Shown: positions 56,217 through 57,628 of the stretch, in pieces
How positions within the stretch are numbered: position 1 is the stretch's first letter
Layout of the letters: the number at the start of each line of letters is the position of its first letter
NCBI GenBank assembly: GCA_964554765.1
Contig: CAZKPS010000002.1
Location: 63,808-121,435, forward strand
Source: an uncultured Candidatus Saccharibacteria bacterium
GTDB taxonomy: Bacteria > Patescibacteriota > Minisyncoccia > Phycocordibacterales > CAIRYW01
DNA: 57,628 bases
Direction: 5' to 3'
The notes under the pieces: generated by a model
Seen by the model: the letters and a program-made list of their open reading frames with translations, nothing else
What the model was told of the DNA's origin: nothing
Database searches by the model: none
Translations under genes and position numbers: made by a program

Positions 56217-57440
56217 ATGGAATTATTTTCGTATCTTTGGCAGTACATTGTCCAGACGCTCGGTCTCTTCATCGCATTTGTGGCCGCGGCGGTCTTTATT
56301 TACATGGCGCTCAGGCGCATGCACTCGCGGTGGATTACGGCAGCGTTTGTTGCCATATTCTTAGGCGTTTCTGTCGCGTTTTACGTCCCAAATGGACTAC
56401 CCAACGCATTTCAATATCCTTTTTCCCTCACTACATTCGGGCCAAGCGAAGGCCCCGTGCTTCCATTTAAGAACGTCCTCCAGTTTTTCAAGAATTTCAA
56501 CTCTCTCGAGCGGGTACAAAACATCGCGAAGAACCCCGTCGACCTGCCACCGCCCGTCAACCGTTCGGAACCGCAGGTGGTAAAAATGGAACTCACCACA
56601 AAAGAAGTCATCGCTGATATCGCCCCGGGGGTTACGCTCAACTATTGGACGTTCAACGGCACCGTACCCGGGCCTTTCCTGCGCGCCCGCGAGGGTGACA
56701 CCATCGAACTCACGCTCAAAAACGATAAGACGAGCCTTCACACGCACAACATTGATCTCCATGCGGTGAACGGCCCAGGCGGAGGCGCCGTTGCGACGAA
56801 CGTGGAGCCAGGCGAATCAAAGACATTTCGCTTCAAGGCCCTTAACCCCGGCCTCTATGTGTATCACTGCGCGCATCCCAATGTACCGAGCCACATGACG
56901 CACGGGCTTTACGGGCTCATCCTCATCGAGCCGAAAGAAGGGCTGCCTCCGGTTGACAAGGAGTTCTACGTCATGCAGGGAGAGTTTTACACGTCGGGGT
57001 CTCTCGGCCGTAAAGGCCTACAACTCTTCGACGCGCAGGCGATGCTCGATGGCAAACCACAGTACGTCGTTTTCAACGGAAAGACTGGAGCACTCACGGG
57101 GGACACTATGAACGTAAAAGTTGGAGACACCGTTCGTCTTTATATAGGCAACGGCGGCGTGAACCTTATCTCAAACTTCCATGTTATCGGCGAGATTTTT
57201 GACAAAGTATACCGGGAGGGAGATATCGTGAGTCCTCCGGCAAGAAGTGTCCAGACCACACTCATTCCAGCAGGAGGAGCGACGGTCGTCGAGTTCAAGG
57301 CTGACTATCCGGGTAATTACATACTCGTCGACCACGCACTCGCTCGGATGGACAGGGGCGCTTGGGGAATATTGAAGGTCACCGGTGAAGCGGACTCGTC
57401 GATTTTCGACGGGAAGATCCAGGCTGGGCGTGGGCATTAA
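56217..57440 (+). CDS. nirK: Copper-containing nitrite reductase-like (NirK, two-cupredoxin-domain) protein with an N-terminal double TM anchor
   Basis: HTHNIDLHAVNGPGGG; LYVYHCAHPNVPSHMTHGLYGLILIEP (HC..H copper ligands); GC-rich relative to the backbone. Confidence 0.75.
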   Translation: MELFSYLWQYIVQTLGLFIAFVAAAVFIYMALRRMHSRWITAAFVAIFLGVSVAFYVPNGLPNAFQYPFSLTTFGPSEGPVLPFKNVLQFFKNFNSLERVQNIAKNPVDLPPPVNRSEPQVVKMELTTKEVIADIAPGVTLNYWTFNGTVPGPFLRAREGDTIELTLKNDKTSLHTHNIDLHAVNGPGGGAVATNVEPGESKTFRFKALNPGLYVYHCAHPNVPSHMTHGLYGLILIEPKEGLPPVDKEFYVMQGEFYTSGSLGRKGLQLFDAQAMLDGKPQYVVFNGKTGALTGDTMNVKVGDTVRLYIGNGGVNLISNFHVIGEIFDKVYREGDIVSPPARSVQTTLIPAGGATVVEFKADYPGNYILVDHALARMDRGAWGILKVTGEADSSIFDGKIQAGRGH

Positions 57441-57471
57441 ATAGGTTGCCGCCAAAAAAACTTGAAATCGT

Positions 57472-57577
57472 CCTTTCCGCTCCGGTTCAAGGCGAGGCGG
57501 GCGGAAGGGGGGTGTGGGGGGAATTCCGCCCGCCGAGCCCAGAGAGTTCCGTTCGGATATTTTCAAACAGACACCGC
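57472..57577. repeat. 106-bp arm (P) at the right end of the tRNA-Ser element
   Basis: Ends ..caaacagacaccgc, directly followed by the presumed native tRNA-Ser terminator. Confidence 0.9.
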
Positions 57578-57625
57578 AAAATTAAAAAATACCAAGGAAT
57601 TCCTTGGTATTTTTTAATTTTGCGG
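57574..57625 (+). terminator. 52-nt perfect palindrome; inferred to be the native tRNA-Ser terminator displaced by the insertion
   Basis: ccgcaaaattaaaaaataccaaggaattccttggtattttttaattttgcgg. It is followed by agg, which would complement the cct of the tRNA 3' end. Confidence 0.65.
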
Positions 57626-57628
57626 AGG

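Larger units (their letters stand above)
54184..57577. mobile_element. About 3.4 kb integrative element in the tRNA-Ser 3' end: serine integrase, internal inverted attP copy, XRE regulator, NirK-like gene
   Basis: A CCGC core is present at 54180-54183 (attL), 57574-57577 (attR) and inverted at 55746-55749. Joining the two ends reproduces the internal site exactly. Confidence 0.7.

Overview
Low-GC genome fragment (GC judged by eye, not computed). It looks like a Candidate Phyla Radiation / Parcubacteria-like bacterium. This is an inference from small tightly packed genes, secE-nusG-rplK with no rplA after it, type IV pilus genes, a DGR, and many small membrane or secreted proteins. Backbone genes: ileS (partial, with an embedded histidine-phosphatase-like domain), trhO, argS, a thymidylate/folate block (tmk, glyA, dCMP deaminase, thyA, dcd, mazG-like, DHFR-like, folD), secE-nusG-rplK, rplS, an RluA-type pseudouridine synthase, ruvX, pilM/N/O-like genes, a pilin, a sensor kinase and five tRNAs. 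Accessory content is the interesting part. (1) A complete diversity-generating retroelement (RT, Avd, a 103-nt TR/VR pair with 22 differences that all fall on TR adenines, and a small target gene). It has a (CCAG)10 tract between, and apparently inside, the divergent avd and RT reading frames. It sits on a GC-richer block next to a large serine recombinase whose ORF ends inside tRNA-His. (2) A 3.4 kb element inserted in the 3' end of tRNA-Ser. It carries a second serine recombinase, an XRE regulator and a NirK-like copper nitrite reductase. It contains an internal inverted full copy of its own reconstructed attP, so each gene module is bracketed by perfect 90 bp or 106 bp inverted repeats. (3) A tightly coupled 7-gene operon: XRE, Type III mod/res, a HEPN-motif protein, two unknowns and DUF2726. 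(4) A 565 bp non-coding region with four phased about 22 nt direct repeats and six X-X-X' repeat modules. (5) tRNA genes followed by hairpins that include their own acceptor 3' ends, plus tRNA 3' fragment debris. All protein family calls come from motif recognition by eye; no database search was run.
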